From positions 4,286-68,285 of the forward strand of contig CAYVOF010000003.1 in assembly GCA_964453405.1 (NCBI GenBank): a stretch of 64,000 nucleotides of DNA, given 5' to 3'. The position numbers and the translations under genes are program-made. Positions within the stretch are counted from its first letter, which is position 1. Each line of letters opens with the position of its first letter. The stretch comes from an uncultured Candidatus Saccharibacteria bacterium. Lineage in GTDB: Bacteria > Patescibacteriota > Doudnabacteria > UBA920. The notes beneath the pieces were generated by a model, which was given only the letters and a program-made list of their open reading frames with translations, made no database searches and was not told the origin of the DNA. This document shows positions 8,768 to 17,360 of this stretch, in pieces.

Positions 8768-8833
8768 AGTCCTAACATCCTCCACCACGCCCTGCCACAA
8801 AAGCACCGCATAATTGTGCGGTGTTTTTGTTTT
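8768..8833 (+). repeat. array repeat R2 (left arm + terminator, no right arm)
   Basis: AGTCCTAACATCCTCCACCACGCCCTGCCACAAAAGCACCGCATAATTGTGCGGTGTTTTTGTTTT. Confidence 0.8.
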
Positions 8834-8866
8834 AATAAAAAAAGGGAAGAGTTGCTTCCCATAATA

Positions 8867-9361
8867 TTATCCCCAAATTTTGACATAGATTTTCTTACCC
8901 GAAAAATTATCTTCCTGGTCTTTTTGTTCAAATTGGGTGCCGCAATTTTCGCATTTGTAAAACCCCCAACCTTTATCGTCATGCCCCCAGAGCTTTTGCC
9001 TCTTTTGCTTACATACAGGGCAATCGACACAGTACCAATTTTTTCGGTTTGACTCCGCCTGATGCATTCTCGATAGCAACAGTTCACCGCGTCCAGTCAG
9101 GGAATTCAACTCATACGACTTCATTGCTGTTAGTAACTCAATTAAAGAGCCACTTTCCCCACAATCTGTAACAAATTTGTTTTTTGCGATATCAATATGA
9201 ATGTTACACCCAAACATTTTACAATCTGTGATGACACACCTACCGTGCCAATTCCCGTCCTTGCCCGAATGGCCGTAGGTGTCGAACTCGAATGGTGTTC
9301 TAGTATCAGTAAGCTTTGATTTTGCTGTATCCATTTCGTCCTCCTCATTGAATTTGTCCAT
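8867..9361 (-). CDS. Cys-rich zinc-ribbon protein (cassette 3)
   Basis: Several CxxC pairs (CVDCPVCKQ, CENCGTQ). Start chosen at MDKFNEEDEM; the longer track ORF runs into repeat R3. Confidence 0.5.
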   Translation of the reverse strand: MDKFNEEDEMDTAKSKLTDTRTPFEFDTYGHSGKDGNWHGRCVITDCKMFGCNIHIDIAKNKFVTDCGESGSLIELLTAMKSYELNSLTGRGELLLSRMHQAESNRKNWYCVDCPVCKQKRQKLWGHDDKGWGFYKCENCGTQFEQKDQEDNFSGKKIYVKIWG

Positions 9362-9407
9362 AAATATATCATAGGTCTCAAATATTGACAACTTGCATTT
9401 GTATAAT

Positions 9408-9495
9408 AGTTCTAACATCCTCCACCACGCCCTGCCAGCAAAAGCACCGCATATTTGTGCGGTGTTTTTGTTTGAGGGCAGACAGGAATTGAACT
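9408..9495 (+). repeat. array repeat R3 (full, alternative right arm)
   Basis: The left arm and terminator are as in R1. The right arm GAGGGCAGACAGGAATTGAACT is an inverted copy of a tRNA-Trp-like T-arm/3' end (GTTCAATTCCTG...). Confidence 0.85.
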
Positions 9496-9498
9496 GCT

Positions 9499-10476
9499 GT
9501 GGTATTATTTAATAAAGAATTTAACATTGTGTATATGACTGAAAGAACAAACAATATCAATTTAGAAAACATCGGTATCAACAAAGAGAAAAAGGATATC
9601 CAGTCTGAAAAGCCCATCTTTATAATTTATCGAGAGAATGATCTCTATCGAGATTTTGTACCCAAGCTAGTAAAAAAATTAGAAGAGATGGGTAAAAAAG
9701 TAGAGGTAGAATCCTTCAATCGTGACCAAAATATAGATGAGATTGAACAAAAAGGTTCTGTACTTCTACCCCGCGAAAAGCGAAATGAAATAGCTCTAAA
9801 TACTACAGTCATTATGGATAATACTTCCGCAGAGGCGGTAGGCATGTGGCAACGTCAAGATATAAATCTTGATGACTTAGTAAATCAAATTTACTCCGAT
9901 GTATATTTAGGAAAAGAATTTAACGAACCAAGTCAACTTGAAAATAAAGAAAGTACTTCCTATTCCGAACTGCTAAACATTTTAGGTGGACTTATAGAAG
10001 AAGTGCGAAAAAACTACCCTAATTTAAATACTATAGCCTTAATAAATAATTCATTTGATGTACACGATAAGATTAAGAATACAGACGCAGAGTTACTTGA
10101 TGGGCTAGAAAATAATTTAGAGGCTTTCAACAATTGGGAACGGATGAATACAGAGAGGAAAGGTGCACATGCAGAAAGTCGAGAAATGCGGATATTAATA
10201 AATAGATTGAGTAAACTTATACCAACCGAAAATATTATTGTTTATGACCAGATTACAGATTTTGACAATGACGGACATACTCTAGTTATAGTAGATAGGC
10301 ATCATGTATCTGATGAGGCAAGACTTGAAAAAGCAGGGAAATACCGAATTATTCTTCCGATAGCTAGCGCTATGGAAGATATGGCAAAAAGTGGGCTTTT
10401 GAATCTACCCGAAGAAAAAATTGACCAAAAGCTTTCAGAATTTTTAGAAAGTAAATTTGGGAGTAATGGTCAGTAG
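9499..10476 (+). CDS. hypothetical protein (cassette 4)
   Basis: Intact 325-codon ORF. The start is uncertain: GTG at 9499 or ATG at 9535 (MTERTNNINLENIG). Acidic, no family recognised. Confidence 0.5.
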   Translation: MVLFNKEFNIVYMTERTNNINLENIGINKEKKDIQSEKPIFIIYRENDLYRDFVPKLVKKLEEMGKKVEVESFNRDQNIDEIEQKGSVLLPREKRNEIALNTTVIMDNTSAEAVGMWQRQDINLDDLVNQIYSDVYLGKEFNEPSQLENKESTSYSELLNILGGLIEEVRKNYPNLNTIALINNSFDVHDKIKNTDAELLDGLENNLEAFNNWERMNTERKGAHAESREMRILINRLSKLIPTENIIVYDQITDFDNDGHTLVIVDRHHVSDEARLEKAGKYRIILPIASAMEDMAKSGLLNLPEEKIDQKLSEFLESKFGSNGQ

Positions 10477-10500
10477 CTTGGGCTGCTATACGGTTAATTG

Positions 10501-10566
10501 AGTTCTAACATCATCCACTACGCCCTGCCACAGAGACACTCAACGAAAGTTGGGTGTTTTTGTTTA
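10501..10566 (+). repeat. array repeat R4 (left arm + substituted terminator)
   Basis: AGTTCTAACATCATCCACTACGCCCTGCCA, then a different hairpin CACTCAAC-GAAA-GTTGGGTG, then TTTTTGTTT. Confidence 0.8.
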
Positions 10567-10659
10567 TATGATCGTAAGCTATTGACTCCTACCCGATTTA
10601 TTTGTATAATATTTAGTCTTTAAAATAGACGGAAATCAAAGTTTTTTAGGAGGATATTT

Positions 10660-11805
10660 ATGAAAGAAGCAGTTGCTCCAAAGCGACCAGTCGTGAGGGA
10701 GTTTGAAGTAGAGATAACGCAACTTAACTGGCGTAGTCGCGTTCAGGAAAAAGTTGTTCCGGAAGTTATACCAGACGATATGTTTTACGAAACATCTGAT
10801 CTGGTTAATAAGTTATATCCGGGTAAAGAAATAGTTCATCTGGAACACCCTACAGTTTTTGGTCAACACAATGAAGGTAAGGGAACTTACAGCCTGTTTT
10901 TTAAAACACTGCAGATGTGCTTCAATAAGCACTTTCCATTTGCTTTTAAACCAGAAGCGTTGTGGTACTTAATAGTTCATGAAGTTGCTCAAGCAGTTCT
11001 TCTTAATCCGGAACGTTATCGTTTGTATTTCAGTAATTCAGACGAGCGTCAGGAGATCAAGCTCGATGTTGAATTAGGTCAAGGTGCGAAGATTGAAAAT
11101 TGGGGACCTCATATAATTCAACTTTCAAAATTATTGAAAGAGCAAATTCCTTCTGGTATTGGAGATTTGTTTGCAACTCAGTTTTCAACTTCAACTCCGG
11201 TCAGTGATTCGGCTATGGCTATTACACTGATGCAATCCGCAAGCCCGTTTTACGATTATCGTATGCGTTTATGTTGTGGACTTCCTTTGCTTCGTCTTGA
11301 TGGTCAATCAGGTGACTATGCAGTTTTAGTTGAAAGCGCTAAAGCGCTTAAAACAATCTTTAAGAAAGATCTTGGGTTGTATTTTGATCATCTTATTCCT
11401 GTTCTGGAAAAAATTGCTGATCAAGCGTCGGGTGCGCCAATCGATCATGAGTTTTGGGGATCGTTGTATAATCTGGACAGTGGTTCCGGAGGAAGTAATG
11501 GTTCGGATGGTCTTGGCGGTTGGATGGCATCGTTCATTAATTACTTGCGAGTAGTAAAAGGGAATTTGAATGAAGAGCCTCAAGCTGTAATGCAGGCTAA
11601 GCGTCTTGAGTATTATGATTGGAAAGATAACGACAAGAATCGTATTTCCATAGGTCAAGTTCCTAATCATGTGTCGTCAGTGGACTTTATTTTAGATGAC
11701 TACGGTAAAGAAACTCCAATGCGCTTTATCGGGGGAATGTTATCCGCAGAGGTCATCGATGGGTTTGTTACTCCAGGACTCTCTTATGGAGTTTTGGTAG
11801 ATTAA
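10660..11805 (+). CDS. hypothetical protein (cassette 5, 381 aa)
   Basis: Strong AGGAGG RBS. Gly/Ser-rich internal linker. Its own terminator hairpin lies at 11828-11860 (ATCCTTGG...CCAAGGATTTTTTT). Confidence 0.6.
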   Translation: MKEAVAPKRPVVREFEVEITQLNWRSRVQEKVVPEVIPDDMFYETSDLVNKLYPGKEIVHLEHPTVFGQHNEGKGTYSLFFKTLQMCFNKHFPFAFKPEALWYLIVHEVAQAVLLNPERYRLYFSNSDERQEIKLDVELGQGAKIENWGPHIIQLSKLLKEQIPSGIGDLFATQFSTSTPVSDSAMAITLMQSASPFYDYRMRLCCGLPLLRLDGQSGDYAVLVESAKALKTIFKKDLGLYFDHLIPVLEKIADQASGAPIDHEFWGSLYNLDSGSGGSNGSDGLGGWMASFINYLRVVKGNLNEEPQAVMQAKRLEYYDWKDNDKNRISIGQVPNHVSSVDFILDDYGKETPMRFIGGMLSAEVIDGFVTPGLSYGVLVD

Positions 11806-11971
11806 ACGATCTAAACAACTAGACTTAAATCCTTGGATTTTATCCCAAGGATTTTTTTGTTATTCTTAATACAGAAACCAAGATTTATCACCTCATGAAA
11901 TTATTGGATTTATAAAAAAGTCGATATAAGATGCGATATCAAATATTGTTTATAACGATTTTGGTATAAAT

Positions 11972-12032
11972 AGTTCTAACATCCTCCACCACGCCCTGCC
12001 ACAAAAAAACTCCTTGTAAGGAGTTTTTTTGT
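11972..12032 (+). repeat. array repeat R5 (left arm + substituted terminator)
   Basis: AGTTCTAACATCCTCCACCACGCCCTGCCACAAAAAAACTCCTTGTAAGGAGTTTTTTTGT. Confidence 0.8.
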
Positions 12033-12043
12033 ATAAAATGAAA

Positions 12044-12334
12044 TTATTCTTGACCCGTTTTGATTTCAATGGTTTTGCTTCCCACAGGAGCAGCTTTACA
12101 TCTTCTCATATCAGGAGATCCATACCCATTATCAGGACATATTGTGCCGTTTCTGCAATACCAATCTCCGTGAGGGGAATCGTATTGAGTACACAGGTAT
12201 GAAGGTTCAATATACGCTTTACTATTCAATCCAGCTTTATGAAAAGGTAATCCATATTGTGACCCGTAAATTAGACCTATTACTAAGCCCCCAATCGAGA
12301 GCAGGATACCGTATAAGGCTTCTTTTCTTTTCAT
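12044..12334 (-). CDS. small secreted/membrane Cys-rich protein (cassette 6)
   Basis: N-terminal TM helix, then 5 Cys in 60 residues. 96 aa. Confidence 0.45.
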   Translation of the reverse strand: MKRKEALYGILLSIGGLVIGLIYGSQYGLPFHKAGLNSKAYIEPSYLCTQYDSPHGDWYCRNGTICPDNGYGSPDMRRCKAAPVGSKTIEIKTGQE

Positions 12335-12491
12335 TTTAATGAATTTAATTCTGATAGCTTAATTGTAATTATTATTTTCTTAAATCGCAAGTGGATAACT
12401 TATTTTGTTTTTTATCTTAGTACTAAGCTCATTGCTTATATTCACATTTATCTAAAATCGGATTCTCAAATAAGATTTGATTAGTATAAAT

Positions 12492-12579
12492 AGTTCTAAC
12501 ATCCTTCACCGCGCCCTGCCAGCAAAAGCACCGCATTTTGTGCGGTGTTTTTTGTTTGAGGGCAGACGAGAATCGAACT
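12492..12579 (+). repeat. array repeat R6 (full, alternative right arm)
   Basis: AGTTCTAACATCCTTCACCGCGCCCTGCCAGCAAAAGCACCGCATTTTGTGCGGTGTTTTTTGTTTGAGGGCAGACGAGAATCGAACT. Confidence 0.85.
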
Positions 12580-12597
12580 TTTTGATATAGTTGATTT

Positions 12598-13254
12598 ATG
12601 AAAACAGTTTTAATTACAGGGGTCAGCAGGGGAATTGGGAAAGCTTTGGCTCAAAAGTTTTTAAACGAAGATTACCAGGTAATAGGAACAACTACAGATG
12701 GATTGATAGAATGGCAACACGATAGTTTAAATGTGTTTCCTTTAGATTTATCAAAAGAAGAAAGTATAAAGAGCTGTGCCTCGGAAATTATTAAATTGAA
12801 CAAGCAGATTGATATTCTCATCAATAATGCTGGTATATGGTCTGGTGGTGAAGACGACCCAATGATATATATGGATACTTTTCGTAGGACGATGGAAGTA
12901 AATGTATTTGGCACAGTAGATTTCAGTGAAAGAATTATTCCTATAATGGTAAAGATTGGGCATATTATTAACATCAGCTCGAGAGCTGGCTCAATGTCGT
13001 ATGTGCATGATGCTGAATACCCAGACTACAAGATTTCTAAAGCAGCATTAAATATGGTAAATCGTATGTGGGCAATTAGAATGAAGGACCAAATTATTGT
13101 TTCCTCAGTTCATCCAGGCTGGGTTAAAACGGATATGGGTGGAGATGAGGCTGATATCTATCCAGAAGAGGCAGCTGAGGATATATATAACTTGGCAATA
13201 TCCAAACCTGAAACAGGACAATTTTGGTATAAAGGGCAAAAGTTTAGTTGGTAG
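12598..13254 (+). CDS. short-chain dehydrogenase/reductase (cassette 7)
   Basis: TGVSRGIGKA cofactor motif, NNAG, and catalytic YKISK (YxxxK). Confidence 0.8.
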   Translation: MKTVLITGVSRGIGKALAQKFLNEDYQVIGTTTDGLIEWQHDSLNVFPLDLSKEESIKSCASEIIKLNKQIDILINNAGIWSGGEDDPMIYMDTFRRTMEVNVFGTVDFSERIIPIMVKIGHIINISSRAGSMSYVHDAEYPDYKISKAALNMVNRMWAIRMKDQIIVSSVHPGWVKTDMGGDEADIYPEEAAEDIYNLAISKPETGQFWYKGQKFSW

Positions 13255-13263
13255 TTTGTAGAG

Positions 13264-13351
13264 TAGTTCTAACATCCTTCACTACCCCTGCCAGCAAAAG
13301 CACCGCATATTTGTGCGGTGTTTTTGTGTGGGGCAAGTGGAGGTTAGAACT
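13264..13351 (+). repeat. array repeat R7 (full)
   Basis: AGTTCTAACATCCTTCACTACCCCTGCCAGCAAAAGCACCGCATATTTGTGCGGTGTTTTTGTGTGGGGCAAGTGGAGGTTAGAACT. Confidence 0.85.
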
Positions 13352-13416
13352 GTATCTAATTTTTGACGTCAGTTTAAAAATCATATATTATGAACTTAAG
13401 ATAATCATAAATTTGT

Positions 13417-13629
13417 ATGTCTACAAAAACTTTAGAAAAAATGGTAAAAAATCTCTCTTCCGAAGTAGCCACTCTACGCTCTTTGGTGATTAGTGTTGTC
13501 CGAGAAGAGAAAGACCCAGAAGGAGAATACCGTTCTAAGTTTGTTAAAGACATTCTGAAAGCAGTAAAAGAACCTGTCGTATATGAGTTTAAAGGAAGTA
13601 AGGATTTTCTAAAACTAATTCGTAAGTAA
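13417..13629 (+). CDS. putative antitoxin (cassette 8, gene 1)
   Basis: 70-aa ORF ending 2 nt before the RelE/ParE-like toxin gene. Family not recognisable. Confidence 0.5.
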   Translation: MSTKTLEKMVKNLSSEVATLRSLVISVVREEKDPEGEYRSKFVKDILKAVKEPVVYEFKGSKDFLKLIRK

Positions 13630-13631
13630 TA

Positions 13632-13895
13632 ATGCGAGTAGTTTACACTGAAAAGTTTTTAGCTCAAGCAAAAGAACTTCCTAAAGAAACACAAACTAAA
13701 CTAGCAAGACTATTAGGATTATTAGCAGTAAATCCATTTAATCCTTTATTGCACAGCAAGCGACTCACTGGTAAACTTTCTCAAGAATATTCATTTAGAA
13801 TAACTAGGGATTGGCGAGTCATCTTTATATTCATTTCCAAGGATACCATCAAACTAATTATGGCTCGGCATCGTAAAGACGTTTATCGAAAATAG
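13632..13895 (+). CDS. type II toxin, RelE/ParE (YafQ-like) family (cassette 8, gene 2)
   Basis: Typical C-terminal signature: ...SQEYSFRITRDWRVIFIFI...IKLIMARHRKDVYRK. 87 aa. Confidence 0.7.
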   Translation: MRVVYTEKFLAQAKELPKETQTKLARLLGLLAVNPFNPLLHSKRLTGKLSQEYSFRITRDWRVIFIFISKDTIKLIMARHRKDVYRK

Positions 13896-13981
13896 TTCTA
13901 ACATCCTCTACTACGCCCTGCCAGCAAAAGCATCGCATATTTGTGCGGTGTTTTTGTATGGGGCAAGTGTAGGTTAGAACT
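13894..13981 (+). repeat. array repeat R8 (full, last copy)
   Basis: AGTTCTAACATCCTCTACTACGCCCTGCCAGCAAAAGCATCGCATATTTGTGCGGTGTTTTTGTATGGGGCAAGTGTAGGTTAGAACT. Confidence 0.85.
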
Positions 13982-13997
13982 GGTGTATAACAAATCT

Positions 13998-14711
13998 ATG
14001 AATAGTGAAATAGAAAAACTGATTGAACAGGGTGAGATTGCCCGAGAACAAGATGATTTTCAAACTGCGTTAGTGAGTTTTGATAATGCTATGATTGAAT
14101 CGCTCAAAATTAATGACTATGCTTTAGCGGTTAACGCATTAGGGCATCATTTGCTAGTTTACGATAGATTATATAAACAGACGCAAAATCCTTCGTTTTT
14201 GGAGATGATGTTTATGGACACTCAAACAGGGTTGCGATTGGCAGAAAAAAATAATTTGCACGGACAACCCTTGGCGTTAATGACGATGCGTAGCGCAGAA
14301 TATTATTTGGACACCAAGGATTTTGTGCAAGCCGAACAGCTTTTTCAAAAGGCTTTTGATGAACTAACCCAAGACCAAAATGTTACTAACGAAGAACGGG
14401 CAGAATATTTAGGTCACTTAGCCGAAGCCGTGATCTATCAAGGGGATGTTAATCGATCGAAATCAATTTTTATGAAAGCACATCATTTACTTGAGCAGCA
14501 CTCAAATAAATTAAGAGACTTTCATAAACTAGTTATTCAAAGTGGGTTACTTATGAGAGAAGTTTACGGCTTATATTTAAATCATAAGGTTATTGAAGCT
14601 AAAGAATTAATAAAACAAATCGAACCGTTAGCGGTTAAGTTAAAAAATGAGCATAATATGGACGCGAGATATAATCAGTGGGTTGAGCTTAATGCTAAAT
14701 TGAATTCTTAA
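13998..14711 (+). CDS. TPR-like all-helical protein (distal cassette)
   Basis: Start at MNSEIEKLIEQ; the track's 13941 start lies inside repeat R8. Helical-repeat composition. Confidence 0.55.
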   Translation: MNSEIEKLIEQGEIAREQDDFQTALVSFDNAMIESLKINDYALAVNALGHHLLVYDRLYKQTQNPSFLEMMFMDTQTGLRLAEKNNLHGQPLALMTMRSAEYYLDTKDFVQAEQLFQKAFDELTQDQNVTNEERAEYLGHLAEAVIYQGDVNRSKSIFMKAHHLLEQHSNKLRDFHKLVIQSGLLMREVYGLYLNHKVIEAKELIKQIEPLAVKLKNEHNMDARYNQWVELNAKLNS

Positions 14712-14809
14712 AAATTATTTGATGCAAAATACAATTGACCAAACAGTTTGTAAAAGAGAACTAGGAATCACCTATATCTATATTCCCAATACATAGGTAT
14801 AATAGGTAT

Positions 14810-15202
14810 ATGTCAGCTTTTGAAAAGGAAAAAATCTTTGTTGAGTTAAGAAAGTACCATTTGGAAGAATTCCCAAAACCTCTGGCAACTGAGCAAATGA
14901 CTACTCTTTTAACTGAATATAAAGAAATCGAAGACGCTATTGTCAGCATGATTTTTGGCTTGGTTAATGGTAAGACGGAATTTGTAGATTTTAGGACTCA
15001 ACTTAAAGATTTTAATAAAAAAGTAAAACCTGGATTAACTACAGACAAAGCTGAGACTTCAAATCGTGAACTATTTCTTTCCAAATCTTTTCAACTTTCA
15101 AATATTCTAGATATTGCTTCTGGAGGAAACTTTAAGCTCCGACCGATTCGTAAACCAAAAATTATTCGCAGCACTAATCCCCGCGAAGTCATAGAAAATT
15201 AA
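14810..15202 (+). CDS. hypothetical protein (130 aa)
   Basis: Intact ORF with a TATAAT-like box upstream. No family recognised. Confidence 0.45.
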   Translation: MSAFEKEKIFVELRKYHLEEFPKPLATEQMTTLLTEYKEIEDAIVSMIFGLVNGKTEFVDFRTQLKDFNKKVKPGLTTDKAETSNRELFLSKSFQLSNILDIASGGNFKLRPIRKPKIIRSTNPREVIEN

Positions 15203-15253
15203 ACCGCTAGCCTAGCTTGCGGTTTTTTGATGCATTTTTGATATAATACAAAT

Positions 15254-15802
15254 ATGAACAAACTCGAAGCAAAAGTCTTATTTGATCAAGCCTTAGCCCA
15301 CAAAAATGAGCACAAATGCAGTGCGGCTCCCTATGAACAGTTCGAAAAACTGGAAGAAATTGTGGAAAGGGTAAATCCAAAAACCATTTTAGAAATTGGA
15401 ACGGGAATTGGTTTTAGTGCTGTTGTCATGGCTTCGGTTGTGCCAAATTGTCACATTGATACGATCGAAAAAGACCCTGTGCATGTAGCTACTGCTCGCG
15501 ACTTTATTCATCTTCAGGGTTTTCAAACCATTACAGTTTTAAATGATATCGCCGAAGTTAAATTGCAAGATTTAGTGCTAGAGAATAAATCGTATGATTT
15601 AATCTTTTTTGACGGTCATCAGATTCACCAGGAATTCTTGCCTCATTATGAAAAACTGCTCAAACCAGGTGGAATTTTAATTCTCGCCAACACACATTTG
15701 AACAGTAAAACCAGTCCAGAGTTTTTTGATCAACTAGTTCATAACGGCAATTGGGAAATCGCTAATCAATTTGATGACACTATTGTCGCTCATCGAATTT
15801 AG
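15254..15802 (+). CDS. class I SAM-dependent O-methyltransferase
   Basis: ILEIGTGIGFSAVVMA (motif I), IDTIEKD, and FDLIFFDG, a family-3 O-MT-like arrangement. Confidence 0.7.
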   Translation: MNKLEAKVLFDQALAHKNEHKCSAAPYEQFEKLEEIVERVNPKTILEIGTGIGFSAVVMASVVPNCHIDTIEKDPVHVATARDFIHLQGFQTITVLNDIAEVKLQDLVLENKSYDLIFFDGHQIHQEFLPHYEKLLKPGGILILANTHLNSKTSPEFFDQLVHNGNWEIANQFDDTIVAHRI

Positions 15803-15822
15803 TTTGAGAGTTAAATAAATAT

Positions 15823-16197
15823 ATGTCAGACAAACAGTTAGAAGTATTAGCTACGGAATATGCTGAGTTAGCTAAGGATAAAAATATCGACGCAGCTACT
15901 TTGATGATCAATGCTTTACAGCAGCAGGATCAAAATCGACTCACTCCTAAAACCCGCCGCATAGCATTTTTGATTTCCTTAGGTGTTCCGCCAGTTGGGT
16001 ATCTTTTGGCACTATATTATTTTTTCTTTAAGGAAGAATCTGACGCTAAAACAACTGCTTACTGGTGTGCGGCATTAACTACAATTTCTTTGGTTGGTTC
16101 GATTGTTTTCTTTAATCTAATACTAAGCGGATCTGGGCAAAGCGTTGAGCAGATTCAACAAATTAAGCCATCTGATATTTATGAATTAGTTCAATAA
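15823..16197 (+). CDS. hypothetical membrane protein
   Basis: Two predicted TM helices. Confidence 0.45.
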   Translation: MSDKQLEVLATEYAELAKDKNIDAATLMINALQQQDQNRLTPKTRRIAFLISLGVPPVGYLLALYYFFFKEESDAKTTAYWCAALTTISLVGSIVFFNLILSGSGQSVEQIQQIKPSDIYELVQ

Positions 16198-16239
16198 TTC
16201 ATCTGTAAAGTATGCTAAAATATATTAAAAGTTAAAATA

Positions 16240-16653
16240 ATGTTGTCACTTTTTACTATAATTGAAAACAGAATTCGTCGATGGTTTAGTCATCGCCCAA
16301 TTTTTTATGGATTTTCTGCCGGTGTAGGTATTGTACTTTTTTGGCGCGGGGTTTGGCACACTATGGATATGATTATGATGCACGTTACTCATTGGCGATT
16401 TGGATCTGAAATGGATTTCACAGGTTACTTATGGTGGGATGGACCGTTATCATTATCACTAGGGTTTCTAATTTTACTGTTTACTGGCGTGTATGTTTCG
16501 AGCTTAATTGGGAATGAAGTGATCCTTTCCGGGTTACGTGGCGAAAAGCAATTAACAGAGATGACAGAAAGAGAATTAAAAACCGAAGCAGGTGCAATCG
16601 CCAAGCTTCAACGCACTTTAGACGACCTTAAAGATCATATTAAAAAACACTAA
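16240..16653 (+). CDS. hypothetical membrane protein with C-terminal coiled coil
   Basis: Predicted TM helices followed by a charged helical tail. Confidence 0.45.
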   Translation: MLSLFTIIENRIRRWFSHRPIFYGFSAGVGIVLFWRGVWHTMDMIMMHVTHWRFGSEMDFTGYLWWDGPLSLSLGFLILLFTGVYVSSLIGNEVILSGLRGEKQLTEMTERELKTEAGAIAKLQRTLDDLKDHIKKH

Positions 16654-16660
16654 TTAGTAG

Positions 16661-17350
16661 ATGAATTTAAATCATTTAGCAATAATTCCTGATGGCAACC
16701 GAAGATGGGCGAAAGCTCGTCTTTTATTACCATGGCAAGGCCATGTTGAAGGAGTACAGCGTTTTTGGGAGCTCGCCGAGTATTGCGCTCAGACTGGTAT
16801 AAAACACCTAACTTTTTGGGCCGGCTCATACAGTAATTTACAAAAGCGCAGTAAGGCTGAAGTAGATGTATTGTATAAATTATTAGGTGATGAACTTTCT
16901 AAGCCAGAATTACTAGAAAAGCTAAATAAGAATAAAACTAGTTTAAGAGTAATCGGTGAATGGCCAGATTTTGCTCGAGACGAAAAGTTGGCCGAGGTAT
17001 TAGCGGACGTCGAAGCAAAAACTAAAGATTTTTCTGAACACCACGTTACCATTTTGTTTGGTTATGACGGTCAACGCGAAATGCTTTCCGCTGTACAAAA
17101 GTTGCGGGATAATTGGGGAGAAGTAACTAAAGAGAATCTACAAGCTAACTTATTAACCGCTTCCTTACCAGAAGTTGATTTAACAATTCGCACTGGCGGT
17201 GAACCACACTGGTCTGCAGGATTCTTGATGTGGCAAACAGCCAACAGTCAATTTTATTTTACAGACCAACTATGGCCGGACTTTAAAGTTCCGGAATTAA
17301 AAAAAGCGCTCGAAGATTTCGAGCGCCGTGAACGACGGTTGGGTAAGTGA
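16661..17350 (+). CDS. uppS: undecaprenyl-diphosphate synthase
   Basis: IIPDGNRRWA signature. TGA stop. Confidence 0.85.
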   Translation: MNLNHLAIIPDGNRRWAKARLLLPWQGHVEGVQRFWELAEYCAQTGIKHLTFWAGSYSNLQKRSKAEVDVLYKLLGDELSKPELLEKLNKNKTSLRVIGEWPDFARDEKLAEVLADVEAKTKDFSEHHVTILFGYDGQREMLSAVQKLRDNWGEVTKENLQANLLTASLPEVDLTIRTGGEPHWSAGFLMWQTANSQFYFTDQLWPDFKVPELKKALEDFERRERRLGK

Positions 17351-17360
17351 TCAAGCTGAA

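Larger units (their letters stand above)
7137..13981. mobile_element. integron-like cassette array anchored at tRNA-Trp (no integrase in window)
   Basis: Eight more copies of the R0-type repeat, each directly flanking a single-gene (or toxin-antitoxin) unit. The units encode unrelated accessory functions in mixed orientation. Confidence 0.5.

Noticed and set aside
9362-9407. TTGACA...TATAAT-like boxes upstream of repeat R3
   Set aside because: The spacing between the boxes is only 11 nt, so it is unlikely to be a functional sigma70 promoter.
13248-13493. ORFs beginning MVVCRVVLTSF... / MCGVFVWGK(W/C)RLEL... (also the 13941 start of the TPR gene, and 7373..7657, 8741..9052, 9378..9617)
   Set aside because: They are read straight through the conserved array repeats (...CACCGCATATTTGTGCGGTGTTTTTGT...GGGGCAAGTGGAGGTTAGAACT). 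The shared peptide is a translation artefact of the repeat, not a gene family.
7137-13981. CRISPR array interpretation of the regularly spaced repeats
   Set aside because: The repeats are 60-90 bp palindromes. The 'spacers' are 450-1400 bp and each contains a complete gene with its own RBS. There is no leader and no cas genes.
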